From positions 310,001 through 374,000 of the forward strand of contig JAAOMT010000276.1 of NCBI GenBank assembly GCA_016748015.1: DNA of 64,000 nt, written 5' to 3'. The notes below the pieces were generated by a model that was given only the letters and a program-made list of their open reading frames with translations, was not told the DNA's origin and did not search any database. Made by a program: the position numbers and the translations under genes. This DNA comes from Geosiphon pyriformis uo1 (Eukaryota; Fungi; Glomeromycota). Of this stretch, positions 35,298 to 47,639 are shown in pieces. Each line of letters opens with the position of its first letter. The stretch's first letter is position 1.

Positions 35298-36164
35298 TGT
35301 TACGGAATAGTTTTCTTGTTATATTTAATTGCTGATATCCTGTTTTAATTGCAATCAGTCTTTCATGAGTTCCTCAATTCTATTTGTGTGATAATGTTAC
35401 TGTTACACTGAAAGCTTTCTTTTTACTGTTGCGATATAAGTTATTCTTTAATTCTTGATTGTTGTGTGTGTTTATGTACTCCTTCTCAGAGGCTGAACTG
35501 AAATCTACCCACTGTCTGGGGTCTTCTCTGAGGCTATCCTTGCAATTGCCTGATGTGTTTCTCTAATCTAAAAACACAGAATGTTAATGGTCTTTAGCGC
35601 TTTTCTAATTCTCACAATAAAACTTTTCTCAATTAGTAACAACATGAATAATCTTGATCAAGGATTATTCTTCCAAGGGATTTAGTTGATGAATGATAGT
35701 TTCATTCAATAAATAATACAAGTAAGTTTCTTAATACTTTGGGTTGTGATAGTTTTGTTTTAAATATTTTTTTTCATTTCTTTTTGATTTTTAAAGGTTT
35801 CTTGGGATATTTAATTTGAAAGTATGATTTAAAGTGGAGTTTGTTGGATAAAATTGGATCTGTTGCTTGATAAGTTATGATTTTTATTACTTGATTGATT
35901 ATTTCCCAATATTAAAACTACTGTATATATACATGTTTGTAGTTCTACGAGAAAATACTTTCTTTTTGATATTTCAACCTGGTGTTTGCTGCTATCACCA
36001 GTTGGTGTTGGCTGCTATTGTGAACTGGTGCTTGCCACTATCGCGAAATGGTGTTTGCTACTATGTTAATCATTACCTTTTTAAGATTATTACTGTGCTA
36101 TATTATGATTGAATAGTTTGTATTATTTTTATGATTCTTTTTGCTAAATTCTTAAACCGTAACA
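35298..36164 (-). repeat. Gypsy-2 5' LTR
   Basis: 867-bp direct repeat of 27434-28300. Confidence 0.95.
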
Positions 36165-37860
36165 CTGGGAAACTATTGATCTGAATGTGTTTAACTTCTA
36201 AACCAACTTATTAACCTGCTTTATAAGGCTGGTGAAACTGTATTCAAAAGCAGCAAACCTACTATTTAATTTATCAGAAACCAATGAAATAGGTTTTATC
36301 TTTAGAAAAAAGCCAGAATTTGATAAATCATAATGTACAGAAAAAAAAAAAAAAGATTCACCAAAAATTTTTGTCCAAAAAACACCACCAAAAGTGATTG
36401 AATAAGTAATAAGAGCCAACTGTTTGGCATAGATGGCTGCCAATCTACTTTTATCTGTATTTGACAATACTTTTTGAGAAAAAACACCAAAGGAAAAATT
36501 CTTATTTACAGAATAGTTCAATAATATATAGGTTAAATTTTTATATTTGTATACTTAGCAGAACCAAGAACAGACCAGTATAGATTGGTGCTCCTAAGCA
36601 CTGATGTAGTTTCCATGACAATATTTAATAATACAGCAAAGTTAAAACAAATAACTATACATTTGATTTAAGCATATATAATTGGATAACAGTTAATAAC
36701 ACATGTTTTTCTACTTACTGAATTGATATAATTCCAAATATTATATGTATTTGTTTTTATTAACAGAGTATATAACAGTACTCTATGATTGTCTCTTGCA
36801 TTTCATGATTTTTTGTTCTTATTAATTCTAAATACATGTACTATGTTTTTCCTAATTAGAACAAACTATCTTGCTGTGACCAAATCAGCATAATCTACCT
36901 CATCAAATTTAACCACAGCTTTTTGCTACAGCCCTACCAATTGTATTTTAATCGACTTAATCAACCTAAATTCAGAAAGTACAGTATGTACAATCTCAGC
37001 CAAAATACTAATTAAGATCTTTTTTAATACCACAGCCTAATCTGAATGCATTACAGATTTTTTGAGATTAGTATTTACCAAAATTTTCACACTTTTAGTT
37101 TTTTTGATAGCTTATACTAAACTTGATTTAAAAATAAATATCACTTTAATGATTCTAGTGAATTTTAAAAAAATATATGTTCTTCCAAAACCATTGATTT
37201 TTAAAAACAATTTTCTGACTACTATAAACTTTTTTTGAAAAAATTTCTCAGTTATTTTATCTAAATTAATATTCAGAACAAATGACTTTTTAATAGAAAT
37301 ATTAACCAAATTCTTCAAAAAAAGAGGAAAAATTAGTAGAGTATTTAACAAAATATTATTATTATTATTCCCATCACTTAAAAAGTTAATTTTTCTCAAC
37401 AGCTTCTTCAAAATCTTTTTGGTTTTAACACATAAACTCTTTGGTATCCAGTTAGTATCTCTACTATTAAAAGAAATCTTATTACTATAGTTAAACCTGG
37501 TTTTTTCAATTAAATACTTCTCTTTCATGTTAATACTATCAAATTCAGTAGTGTTACCAGCTTCTAAACTCCAAGAATAACCAACCAATCCCTTAGTAGA
37601 AATCTCTTTAGTCTTAATATTGTTTTCCAAAACACCACTTCTTTTTTTTTCTTAATAATATAGGTTTAATATTCACAATATAACCAGATTTCATAATAAA
37701 CTTTTTCAAAACAGTAATATTAGAGCCAACAGTGGTCTTATAATCAAGCAAAAACAGTTTGAATTTATTATATTGAATGATAAAAAACTTTTTTCAAAAA
37801 ACTATTTTGACTTTTTTTTGGGAATTTAAAATAAAGAAGAAAAAAAAATTTTTTTTTGGT
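36165..37860 (-). pseudogene. Old LINE copy, piece 3 (ORF1 and 5' UTR)
   Basis: ORF 37630-37112 (SWSLEAGNTTEFDSINMKEKYLIEKT..VKTKKILKK..VRKLFLKINGF) parallels ORF1 of the LINE at 58.5-60.4 kb (SWSFETDNTMKSESIDMEEECLVEKT..VKTKKVLEK..VRKIFSGINGF). agagccaacagtgg at about 37722 matches 60314. Confidence 0.8.
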
Positions 37861-38239
37861 AATTTTTTAATTTTTTCTTGTAATTCAATTATATATGATT
37901 TATTAAAAAATTTTTATAATATTATAATAATATTTTCTATGTATTTTGTATTGATAATTTTTTTTTATGTTAATTTTTTTTTTATAAGATTAAACTAGAA
38001 TACCACTTGAATCATAGTGCTAATAAGAATTTCTAAAGTCATTTTAAAATCTATTTTTACAAAAAAATAGAGTGTTATAACTACAAAAGATTGTTTAGAA
38101 TATTTTAAATTGAATTCAGCATCATTTTTATGGGCTTTTTCAAAATATATTTTTTTATTGTCATTACTATATTATTTTAATTCTAATTATTTGGAAAGAT
38201 TAGAGTAAGCAAAATACTGTTCTATTTTAGTAGTCTTAT

Positions 38240-39025
38240 TGTTACTTATAAAATATAGGAATTATATTAATACATAAATTAGCCAATTATAAATAGATAT
38301 AGTAAATAGAAAATTCTAGAATTTCTTTTAAAAGAATTGCAAGATTTCAAAATTACAAGATTCTTATATAAAGAATTCCAGAATTTCTCTTAAAAATTTG
38401 CAGGATTCCTAGTGTGAAAAATTGAGGAATTGAGAAATCTCAATTATGTATATATAATAGTAGTATTAGAAACAAAAAAAACAGATATCTGAGTTCCACT
38501 TCCTAGTTAGCATCTATACTTTTGCACTATCAATAAATATACTTATTAATTATATTAATTCAATTATCCATTATTAACACTTCATGTTGATAGTAACTTA
38601 TACTTAACCATACTGGAACAATAGTTTTTGATCATAGCTATTAACAAGATACTAACTTAATTGCCTTGACTTTATTTTCTTTATTTTCTTTTGTTTATTG
38701 TTGTTAACTAATTGATTAAAAATTAAGCACTGAGTTATAAACATTACAGAACTGGTAAAAGACCCAGGAATAAGGGTAAAAACTCATAAAATTAAGGATA
38801 GCTTACCAAGAAATTACTGGCCACCACATTAAGAAAAAAATTTGACAGAATTGCAATTCCAAAAGGCTACTAAAACACAACATGTGAATCTTTGTCTATT
38901 ATATAAAAGACTCAACCAAAACTTTCAGATACTAAAACCTACAGAAATCATCAACCATATACATATCAAGTACCAAGTAATGAGTTTGTTATTTGATTTG
39001 AAACTTCAAATAATCATTTATAACA
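38240..39025 (+). mobile_element. Solo LTR with TSD TTAT
   Basis: TGTTAC...aTAACA flanked by ttat (38236-39 / 39026-29). The 3' two-thirds is homologous to the Gypsy-1 LTR (attaacacttcatgttgatagtaa..ggatagcttacca..); the U3 repeats differ. Confidence 0.8.
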
Positions 39026-39029
39026 TTAT

Positions 39030-42000
39030 TTAACTCTTAAAATATTATGTCTTTAGTAATAAATTTGTATTTTTCCTCAGATTTTCTTAATTTAAGAATA
39101 GAATATAGTGTTTATAAGAGTGGATTAAATAAAAAATTACATTTATTACAATACTAAAAATGACAAAAAATTAAGCAATAATTGCACAGTTTTGTATTAA
39201 GATCTGTTAATTTCTGTTTTTATTCTTTTTGAATAAGGACAAGTTTTTGTTATTAGTCTTAAAATACTTTAGAATCATTTATAAATAAATTATTTATTTT
39301 TTTAATGATTATTAGAGCATTTTTTATGATGTGTATTTTTTTAATTATAGCACTCTCCTATTTTGCTGTGGTTATTTTCCAAATTTTTTTTTTATTGTAA
39401 AGATATAAATTCAATCAGTTTATTGCTTGGCTATAGATAATAATAAGAGTTTTTTTTCAGATCCAGTCATTGATTAAAATAGTGTATTGATAGAATTTGT
39501 TACATGTTTTTTTTCTGCCAAAGACATTATTTCATAGTTTTTCATTTAATAAGATTTTATCATATGTAAAACATAATGTATTGTTTTATTTGCCTTGCTA
39601 TTTTGGTCATCTAAATTGTTTTAATACACAAAATTGGCAATATTATTTGATAGTAATTGGCCATATTTTATCATCTTTAATACAGACACTTATTGAAAAT
39701 AACTTTTTTCTACAATCAACACAAATTAATTTTGGAGATTAATATAGTTAGGTAGATTGATAGAACTGTCTAAAGTTTTTTGTTAGCTTTTTTTTTACTT
39801 TTTTTTTCCAAGTAAGAGGTAGTAGTAGTTCTGTTCTAAAATTATTAATTCAAAAAACTTGATAGGTTTTCAAGATTGGCTAAGAATTAAGTTCTTTGAA
39901 TTTAATTAAGAATTATTCTAAAGCCACTATTTTGACATAATAAGTACTTTAGTGTATTGTCCATTAAAAGTAATCTAAAGTTTCTAAGTGTAATATGGGC
40001 TTTAGTTACTTAATTATTTTTTATAAGAGCTTAATACTAAATGGTTTCTATAATAAGTACTTTAGTTAGGATATTAATTTCATAGATTTTGAAAAAAAAA
40101 TTGTTGATTTCTTTTATTAGTGTTTTGGTATTTCTATCTATAATAATTATTCTAACAGTGGCTATGTAATCTACTTAATAACCTAATTAATTCATAAGTT
40201 GTTTTGTAATTATGTTGCTTATAAATCTACTGTTAAGTATTAATTTAATGTTTATTTGTTTTACTTTAATATTAGTGTATATTGTCATAATTGGCATATT
40301 CTAATTAATAACAGTTCTACTTAAAAAATCAGCAGTATTTAAACTGTCAATATTAAATAAAAATATGATAACCAGAGTATAATTCTTAGTAATTGTAATA
40401 AGAAAAATTGTTTTAGAGATCTAATTGGTGTTTTAAAAAGAAAAATTGGTAATTGTAACTATATTTTTTTCTTTTAAAAGTATAGCATTACCAAAATTCG
40501 AAGTCTCTGTAAGTTAAGATAGAAGATCTAATTTGGATATTCTGTTTGTGCCACTTAGAAGTATATATTGTTATAATTTATTAGATGAGATGATTTATTG
40601 CTGGGTTGTAACTAATGTTTACTATTGTTTTATTATTTCTAATTATAGTTAATGTCTTGAGATTTAAGATTATTATATATTAGAGCTTGATATTGTAATG
40701 TCATCTGTATTATTGCTTATGGAAGTTGATAATAAGTTAAGAATAGTTAAGATAAATACTGTAGTTGTAAATATTACAGCAAAAAATATTGGAATTTTAT
40801 GGCTTGAGAATATTTTATTTGTGGATAACATTAACTTTCTCAGTTTTGATTGGCTAATTTCTTTCTGCAATTTCTTGTAATATGTCTAAATTTTTGACAA
40901 TAGTAACAATTATGAGAATCTGACTTTCAGAGTTGTTGTTGCTGTTGTTAATTCTGCTATTATTAATAATTACTAAAGTTATTTCTACATTGTAACAGTT
41001 GATAAATTCTAAAGTTTCTTGTTAAGAATCTCTCAATTTTCTGAATTAATTTCTCACTTAATTAGGTAAGCTTGGCATCAATATTTAATGTTTTGTTTAT
41101 GATTAAGTTGATGGCTTAAGTATAATTGGCTTTTTATTCTGCTGATTCAAAGTTACAAGCAAGTATTACAGTCTCTTATAAGCTACTAGGATAGCAGAAT
41201 TTAATAAATAAAAAAATACTACTTCTTAATTCTTTGATAAATTGGTTAAAGGTTTGTTTTGACATATAATAATCTCTTTTAATTGCCTGAATTTAATGAA
41301 AAATTTGATTAAATTGTCTAAAATAAGTGGTTACTGTTTCATAATTTTTTTGTTTTATTATACTAAATTGATTTTGTAGTCTAATAAGTATATTAAAATT
41401 GTAAAAATATTGTAGAAAGACAATTTTAAAAGCAGTAAAGTTAATTGGTTTCTCTTTAAGAATTTGGTACTATAAGTCTGCAGTTCTTGTTAAGAAGAAT
41501 AATAAAGCTTAAATTATTTTGATTTCATTCCAATTATTGGCTTTGATTACTTTTTTAGCTTTTATAATCTATGTATATATGTTTTTTTCTTTATTAAAAA
41601 AATTTTCCAGTCTGGTAATATCTTTATAAGCTATAATCTAAATAATAAAAGTTGGTTTAATTGTTAACAAAGAAAATATTGACAAAAATATGTCTGATTG
41701 CTTTGTTGAATTTATAACTGGTTGTTTTTTTATTAGTGTAGCCAATAAGTTATAGAATAGCTGTTTTATTTGAGAGTATAATAGTTATTTAAAGATAATA
41801 CTAATAGTTGTGTTTAAGAAGAAATGCTTTTGTTGAGTTTATTGGCTGTTAGGATAAAATTTTCAAACAATAATCCATATTTTCTTAAAAATTTAATCCA
41901 AAAATTTTGGTTATAGTCTTAAGAGTACAAAGTTCTAAGAGTTTTTAAAGTTTTTAATTGGGTTTTGGTAAGTTGATTGAGCAGAATTTTACTTCTCAGT

Positions 42001-42397
42001 ATTTGGTAATATAAAAAAGTAGTTGACAAAAAAAATCTTGATTTTTTGTTAACTGTAGGTCAAATTTTTTTTTATGTAACTGGTGTATTCTTGTTTTTAG
42101 ATTCAAATTTTTCAGAGTTCAGTTTCAATAATTGTTATTTTTTTACTTAGAGATATTGTTTTTGAATGTATTCTTTAATTTCTTTATCAATTATGAAAAA
42201 AAACTTGGTTATAGTCTAGGTGGTAATTAAATTTGAGTATATTAATAATTTTTGATGAATTTGTTTTCCAAGTTTTTTTGTGTTTATTGTTTAGTTTAGT
42301 AAGTAGTCAATTTTGGTATTTATATAATAACAAAAATTACTTTCTACAGTAATGATTTTTAATAGTATTCTTAAGTCTTCTTTAAAGTATTGAAATA
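39030..42397 (-). mobile_element. Gypsy-3 remnant (gag-protease-Cys-rich), heavily decayed
   Basis: Minus-strand remnants: FQYFKEDL..VESNFCYYINTKIDYLL (gag N-terminus), KVIKANNWNE..FTAFKIVFLQYF, IKLILNSRFISNIITKQLMN (protease), PKLICVDCRKKLFSISVC..YCQFC (Cys-rich). The left boundary is approximate. Confidence 0.75.
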
Positions 42398-42538
42398 CAG
42401 TGAACTCTTTTTATAATTACACCTTTTGGTCAGCACATTTGTGGTAATTATAGAGAGATGGAACTATAAAAAATAATCAATATCTTATCACATGATCTAT
42501 ATATCACATGCATAATATAATAACCAATTATATATATT

Positions 42539-44096
42539 TTATTTAAAAAAGCTATCTATTTGCAACTGTTTTTTTTCTTCTTGAACTTTGAGAACAGTAT
42601 TATGAATTAATATTCTCAAAGGTTTAAAAAAGTCTGAATCAACTTTTTCACTATACTGCTCTTCACAATAGCACAATGTATCTTCAAGTGCAATTTTACT
42701 TTAATGTATAGATAGCAAAGGCAAAGGTTTATCTTCATTTTCACTTTCTAAATCTTCATTTGTATTAGAATTTCCACTATACTTGTTGTTAATAAGATCC
42801 ACAATTTCATCCTCTAAGGCATAAGTGAATAATGGTTCAAACTTGTCAATATTAATGAAGTTTATTGCCAATAGCTTATTAATATCAATGTGCTTAATAA
42901 GAACTTGTACTTCTTGTAGGAGTTCTTGTTTAATATCTAATAGATGGGCTGGCATTTGACTATTATTCAAAATTTCTGTATGATGCCAACAGTTTTGGAT
43001 TGTAGTTGTTGTTACCACTGACTATGCATCAATTAGAAAGTTAACCACATCCTTTAATGTTACTGTTAATATTAGAATCTTGCCATCATACTGATTAATA
43101 AGATAAAAAAAAACAACTTTCAGTATTGTGCCTTAAAAGATGCAATAATTCTTGTATCTAATTGTTGCAAATAGGATGTTGTATTGGATGGTAAGTATCT
43201 AATCATAATATTAGATAATATGGAAGATTTTCTACCATAAGGACCAGTATTATTAAGCAATAGCAAAATTTTTTTTTCTTGCAACACATTTCTTCATTTA
43301 ATAAATTAAACCATTTACTAAAAATATTAGTTCGCATCCATGCTTTTGTATTGTAATGATAAGTAATTGGAAGTGCATTCATATTAATATTGCAAAAACA
43401 TCATGGCTTTACAGCTTTGCCAATAATTAAAGACTGCAACTTGATGCTGCCTGTTGTATTACATGCAAGAAGTATGGTAATTTGACTCTTATCATGCTTA
43501 ATGTCAGAGGTAGATCTTGTTGCCAAAGTTGTATTTAGTGGCATTCTAAAGAATAATGCTGTCTCATCAGCATTGTAAACATCATTTAGATCATATTCAT
43601 TGATAATCTCACACAGTTTCTCTTGTTCCTCTGGTAAAATTTCCAAAGAGACACTGTTTGCTTCACTATGTATCTTAATGTGGTGCAAATTATGACATTT
43701 CTTGAACTTTTCTAACCAATCATCTGATGCTTTAAAGTTATTTTTTTTTGGAAACTTTTCAGCAAACTTGAAGGCTTTTGTTTGTAAAATTTTTCCAGTA
43801 AGAATACAGTTGGTAGCTAGTGCTCCAAGCATCTATTTTCCTAGTGCATCATTTATCTTTAGAAATATCTCTTTCCTGTTCTTTGTCAATTAATCAGAGT
43901 TGCCAGATACATTTTTTTCGATCCATTGGTCTGATTTTGCAAGTATCTTTGTTACAGTGAAGTGGTCAACCTTTAGATTAAATATTTTGATAAGTCTATT
44001 TGCTGAGTAGTCAAAATGCTTTAGTTTGTACTAGCAGAGAGTCTTTTTAGTCTCTAAGAAGATTGCTGCTCACTTTTGGTTCGCATTTTTTGGCAT
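42539..44096 (-). pseudogene. CENP-B/Tigger-like DDE_1 transposase (disrupted)
   Basis: N-terminal HTH (..VTKILAKSDQW), FKASDDWLEKFKKCHNL, VYNADETALFF, ITILLACNTTGSIKL, AWMRTNIF, LLLNNTGPY, YLPSNTTSYLQQLDTRIIASFKAQY, TIQNCWHHTEI; ends QLQIDSFFK*. Confidence 0.9.
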
Positions 44097-44264
44097 GTTA
44101 ATAAGAACACACTTTTTATTGCATTTTGTTTTTATAAAGCATTGATGTATCTGTTATGTCTCAAATGTCATTTTGCCTTATATCTAATCGAACATGTAAG
44201 ATGTCTCATGTCATATGAGGTGCCTTAGATTATAAAAAGTGGCCAAATTATAAAAATAAAGGTT

Positions 44265-44473
44265 TTAATCCAACTGTAAGATTCTAAGTGCAAATAACAG
44301 ATTCTCGGTAAAAAGAAACCTAATTTCAATAATGCATTTGTGACACTTTTTGCCTCTTACCTCTAACTGATGATCAATAATGAAGACTGTTAATTTGATT
44401 CTCCACATACTTGCATAATTGTATAGAAGATAGCACAATGTCATGTTGTCAAGCTCTCCAAACACAGCAATAC
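44265..44473 (-). pseudogene. Decayed fragment of a tRNA(Ile)-lysidine synthase (TilS/PP-loop ATPase)-like gene with intron boundaries
   Basis: Exon 44473-44361, bounded by ag|...|gtaag, reads GIAVFGELDNMTLCYLLYNY..KLTVFIIDHQL. This matches the TilS consensus GVAVSGGxDSMALxxLL..VDHxLR, with the S>F, G>E, S>N and A>T changes all single transitions. A second piece reads ag|..ILQLD* (ILxLDW). Confidence 0.65.
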
Positions 44474-44599
44474 CTATATTAATTGGAATATTGATATAAA
44501 ATACTTTGCACAATGTCAGGAATATTGGAGTGAAAATCAATTGCAGTTTTTTAAAAAATGTTCTGATCATCATAAATTGTGAGATTTAATATGTAATAT

Positions 44600-45540
44600 A
44601 TATAGGCATGCAATGGCTTCCAAATTAATGTGGCCATATGTTGTTTTTAAGGAAAATTCATCTGTTGAAGGTTACTTAGAATGAGCCCAAAATGAAACAG
44701 ATCCTATGTTCAGGTTAAAGTATGAACAAGTCTTTTTTATTTACAAGCAATTATTAACTTTCATATTGGAGTTTGTTTCAATAGGTCTTCATTAAGACTC
44801 ATGACTAGACAAATGTTTGCACTAATTTGGTCTGCTTGGCACCATCATATTTACCAATTAATTGAAATTGCTGATGAAAAACAATAACTATGATTGAAGC
44901 CTGAAGTTTGCAAGCTGATTCAAGAAAGAATTGTAATTTCTTAATCTAAACTTTTAAATCAACATCAAGGCCATGATGCAATACTTGAAAAAATTAACAA
45001 AATGCTCAAATCATTGATTCCTTCTATACCTTCACAATGGCATTGGAAAATTGCAGTGCATAACTGTATTAAATTTAAGAGATTGTGTACTAACCTCTTT
45101 AATGTTATCAAATATTCTAAAAATGAAATATACAGATCTTGTATACATCCTAGCTTTATTGTTGAATCAAATCAATTTCGAGTTCAGATAAGAAAGACAC
45201 AGTTTGTAAATCCAAATGTTTCTAATTGTGTTTTTCGTGATATTGGCTATGAATGGATATTAATCAAAGAAATGAAAAAATTCAGTAAAATTGCACAGAT
45301 GAAAAAAAAAGACTTTCTTAAAGCAAGATGAATTAAGAAAATATTGTTAGGTACTTGGAAACCAATTCCAGTAACAAGTAAAGAAGCAGATCATCAAAAA
45401 ATGTAAATCTGTTAATAAAATCACAACTATTACCTATTATTAACTCACTAATACCTCTTTTAAATGATTATGTTTTCGAAGCTTATCAAGTTAATTGTGT
45501 GATAGTCTAATAAATATCCTTCAAAAAGTTAGAAATATAT
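44600..45540 (+). pseudogene. Fragment of an unidentified, probably transposase-like gene
   Basis: Long protein-like frame with transition stops and one frameshift: LMWPYV..VEGYLE*AQNETDPMFRLKYEQVF..LQAIINFHIGV..FALIWSAWHHHIYQLIEIADE..QHQGHDAILEKINKMLKS. The D-x3-E-x2-N motif recalls DUF6589/KDZ-type transposase cores (inference). Confidence 0.45.
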
Positions 45541-46663
45541 TGTATTGTGTACAGTTTTGTTTACCTTGAGTTGGGTGTATTACCATTTATAATTGGCATT
45601 TTTAAAACATGATATATTGAATCTAAGTTCAAATCTTCATTCTGCGTAATTATGTTTGGATTATGAAAAGCATTTAACACGGATTTATTTGTCCCAAAAA
45701 AGTTGATTTTTAATACATCTTTAAAACTATCAGTCAAACTTTCACTTGCTAATACTAAATATTGGTCAAATGATGAATATAATTGCTAGTATGGAGTCCT
45801 TTTTTAATCATAGATGTCAAAGTTGGTGTAAAAATGTATTTATTGGGTATATATCAGAATCTTCATGCTCTGAGTTTTATTATTGATCATATTTTTCTTC
45901 CTAAGGAAAGGTAAATTCAAACTCCATTTCCAGTTGATTTGCTCAAACAATGTTCTATTAACAAACTTGTTCCCAGAGAATCCTATTGGACCATTATTAT
46001 TGTTTGTAGGTCTGTTAATTTCTTCTCCCAATACAAAGAAAAAGTAATCTTATTAGCCAAAGTTTGATCCAGAGTAACTTTATTGATACTCACAGCAACA
46101 GTCTCCAAAACACTACCAGTCTCTGAAGCACCATTAGTCTCCAAAACACCAAGAGCAGCAGTACTGTACTATATGTCAACTATTATTAAAACTCTTATAA
46201 TACTCACAAACAACAAGCCAGATATAATAGTTCCATTATTGTCTTCTGATGGCAGTGGTGGCTTATAAAGAAGAAAAGTAATTGAATATTGTAATATTTG
46301 AGAAATTTTGTTTAGTGTTCTACAATTGTTTTCAAAAATTTCTCTAATTTTTTTTACTACCATAAAAAAAATGATTTCTATTGACAATTGGGAAATCTTC
46401 CTGACTGTACATGTCCGATTAAATATGAGATGACATCTGATGTTCATATCTAATATCATATAATTATAGTGTGACTATAAAGAGTGGAAATTACTTATAT
46501 TCTGTTATCATATTTGTGGGAATAAAGATTATAAGGATATATATATAGTAAAAGTAACTATAAGGAGATAATATTATATATAAATAGTTTTGGTTTTTAA
46601 AAAAATGTGATTATAAGAAGATAGTAACTATAACCAGAGAAACTATAGAAAAAGTTCATTGTA

Positions 46664-46934
46664 CTTTTTTTTATATATTTCTCTTAGTTCTATAAGACTG
46701 TTTTTGATTATTTTGTTATTACTAATTATTGTTTGCTATTTCTGTTATTGCTTTGTTTTTTTATATTATTACTAGTTATCCTTGTTATTTTATGCTATAT
46801 CATGTTATTATATTTTGTATTGTGTTATCCTGAATTATTACATGTTATTCTGTATTCTTTTGTATTATCCTGTATTATTATGTTTTTAATTACATTTCTT
46901 CATAATTTGGATTGGTTTTTCTACTTGAATAATA
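46664..46934 (-). mobile_element. LTR family 3 5' portion (possibly the 5' LTR of Gypsy-3), cut by the pogo end
   Basis: Reverse-complement similarity to 14242-14510; ends ttggattggtttttctacttgaataata. Confidence 0.55.
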
Positions 46935-47285
46935 TCATATTATTACTAATTGATAAAAGTTTTATTGTAAGAATTAAAAAAAGTGCTAAAGACCATTAAC
47001 ATTTTGTGTTTTTAGATTAAAAAAACATATTTGACAATTGCAAAAATAGCTTCAAAAAAGACTCCAAATAGTGAGTAGATTTCAGTTTAATTTTTGAAAA
47101 AAAGTATATAAATACATATAACAATCAAAAATTAAGAAATAACTTATATTGTGATATTAAAAAAAAAGCCTTCAGTATAATAGTGATATTATTACACAAA
47201 TAGAATTAAAAATTCACAAAAGACTAATTGCAATTAAAACAGAATATTAGCAATTAAATATACCAAGAAAATCATCTTATAATAA
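46935..47285 (+). mobile_element. Partial LTR of the Gypsy-2 family, opposite orientation
   Basis: Reverse complement of about 27434-27780 (aagtgctaaagaccattaacatt..gcaattaaatataccaagaaaatcatc). Confidence 0.8.
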
Positions 47286-47639
47286 TAATAAGTAATTTTT
47301 TTTAATAGTTCTAATAGTTGCCACTTTTGTGAATTTTTAGAATGCTTTGTTTTTATAAATTTTATAACCTTATAGAAAGCACCAAATATTATAAATAAAC
47401 TTGATAAGGTATTGAAATAATATTTGGTGCTTTTAATTTAAATAAAAAAAGCTTAACAGATTTTTTTTATAAATACTTAAATGAATTAGTAATATTAGTT
47501 TCTAAAGATTTTTATTTGTTTTACTTATGAAGTTTTTTGGTTATAAAATACAAAGAAGTAATTTGGCTGTTTGTACAGTTACTAGAATTTGACAGTGTTT
47601 TTTTGTTCTTTTAGTAAGCTACCAAAATAATATTAATAT

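Larger units (their letters stand above)
27434..36164 (-). mobile_element. Gypsy-2: Ty3/Gypsy LTR retrotransposon with dUTPase and internally deleted integrase
   Basis: 867-bp LTRs at 27434-28300 and 35298-36164, perfect TSD CTGG (27430-33 / 36165-68), PBS, PPT and long residual ORFs. Confidence 0.95.
42398..46661 (-). mobile_element. pogo/Tigger-type (Tc1/mariner superfamily) DNA transposon with internal foreign DNA
   Basis: TA|CAGTGAACTCTTTTTATAATT at 42398 and AACTATAGAAAAAGTTCATTG|TA ending at 46661 are inverted repeats differing only by transitions. Subterminal (a/g)actata/attata repeats occur at both ends, and a DDE_1 transposase lies inside. Confidence 0.7.
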
